A stretch of 64,000 nucleotides of DNA from Eledone cirrhosa (lineage: Eukaryota), in contig OZ024741.1 in the NCBI GenBank assembly GCA_964016885.1, positions 42,842,001-42,906,000 on the forward strand, read 5' to 3'. Every line of letters starts with the position of its first letter. Positions within the stretch are counted from its first letter, which is position 1. The position numbers and the translations under genes were made by a program. The notes under the pieces are model-generated. The model was not told the DNA's origin. It worked only from the letters and a program-made list of their open reading frames with translations, and did no database searches. Shown here one piece after another: positions 63,753 to 64,000 of this stretch.

Positions 63753-64000
63753 AGACCGAATGAATCTCCGCTACAGAGTTAAGGACAAAGTAAATAAATA
63801 CAATACAGAAGTAATCGAAATAAATAAATACATACACGCAAACAAATACGTACATACACAAGCATATGCAAAACACTTACCATAGGTATACAAAGCCACG
63901 TACATATAAATATGTGTGTGTGTGTATGCGTGTATACAAATAAATAAATAATTATATAAACATATATAAATAAATAAATACGTATATAACAAGCGCACAC

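Overview
Eukaryotic, AT-rich, microsatellite-dense window (the repeat content suggests a cephalopod/octopus genome; this is inference). No host gene is confidently visible. The window is mostly retroelements. (i) Penelope-like elements (PLEs): a near-intact Naiad-type element in partial-tandem plus inverted form (6751-12390), a ~5 kb head-to-head palindrome of a second Naiad-type family (1565-6730), a decayed Neptune-type element and several short fold-back remnants. Many carry type I hammerhead ribozymes, three with a U3-A8 core variant. (ii) Three full-length L1/Tx1-type LINEs (ORF1 with a CCHC knuckle, ORF2 APE-RT). (iii) Dong/R4-type RLE LINEs in (TAA)n, RTE fragments, two tRNA-derived SINE families and a piggyBac-type MITE. 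Main finding: in all three L1/Tx1 copies ORF2 is bracketed by a perfect splice donor (AG|GTAAGT) overlapping the ORF1 stop and a candidate acceptor at the ORF2 stop codon (TAG|G). Splicing it out restores an ORF1 stop at the same codon position in every copy. The copies also share a candidate short 5'UTR intron at about +32, and a 3' stem-loop that is also found at the tail of the commonest SINE. Together these suggest a splicing-controlled LINE with a SINE partner; this is a hypothesis to test with RNA data.
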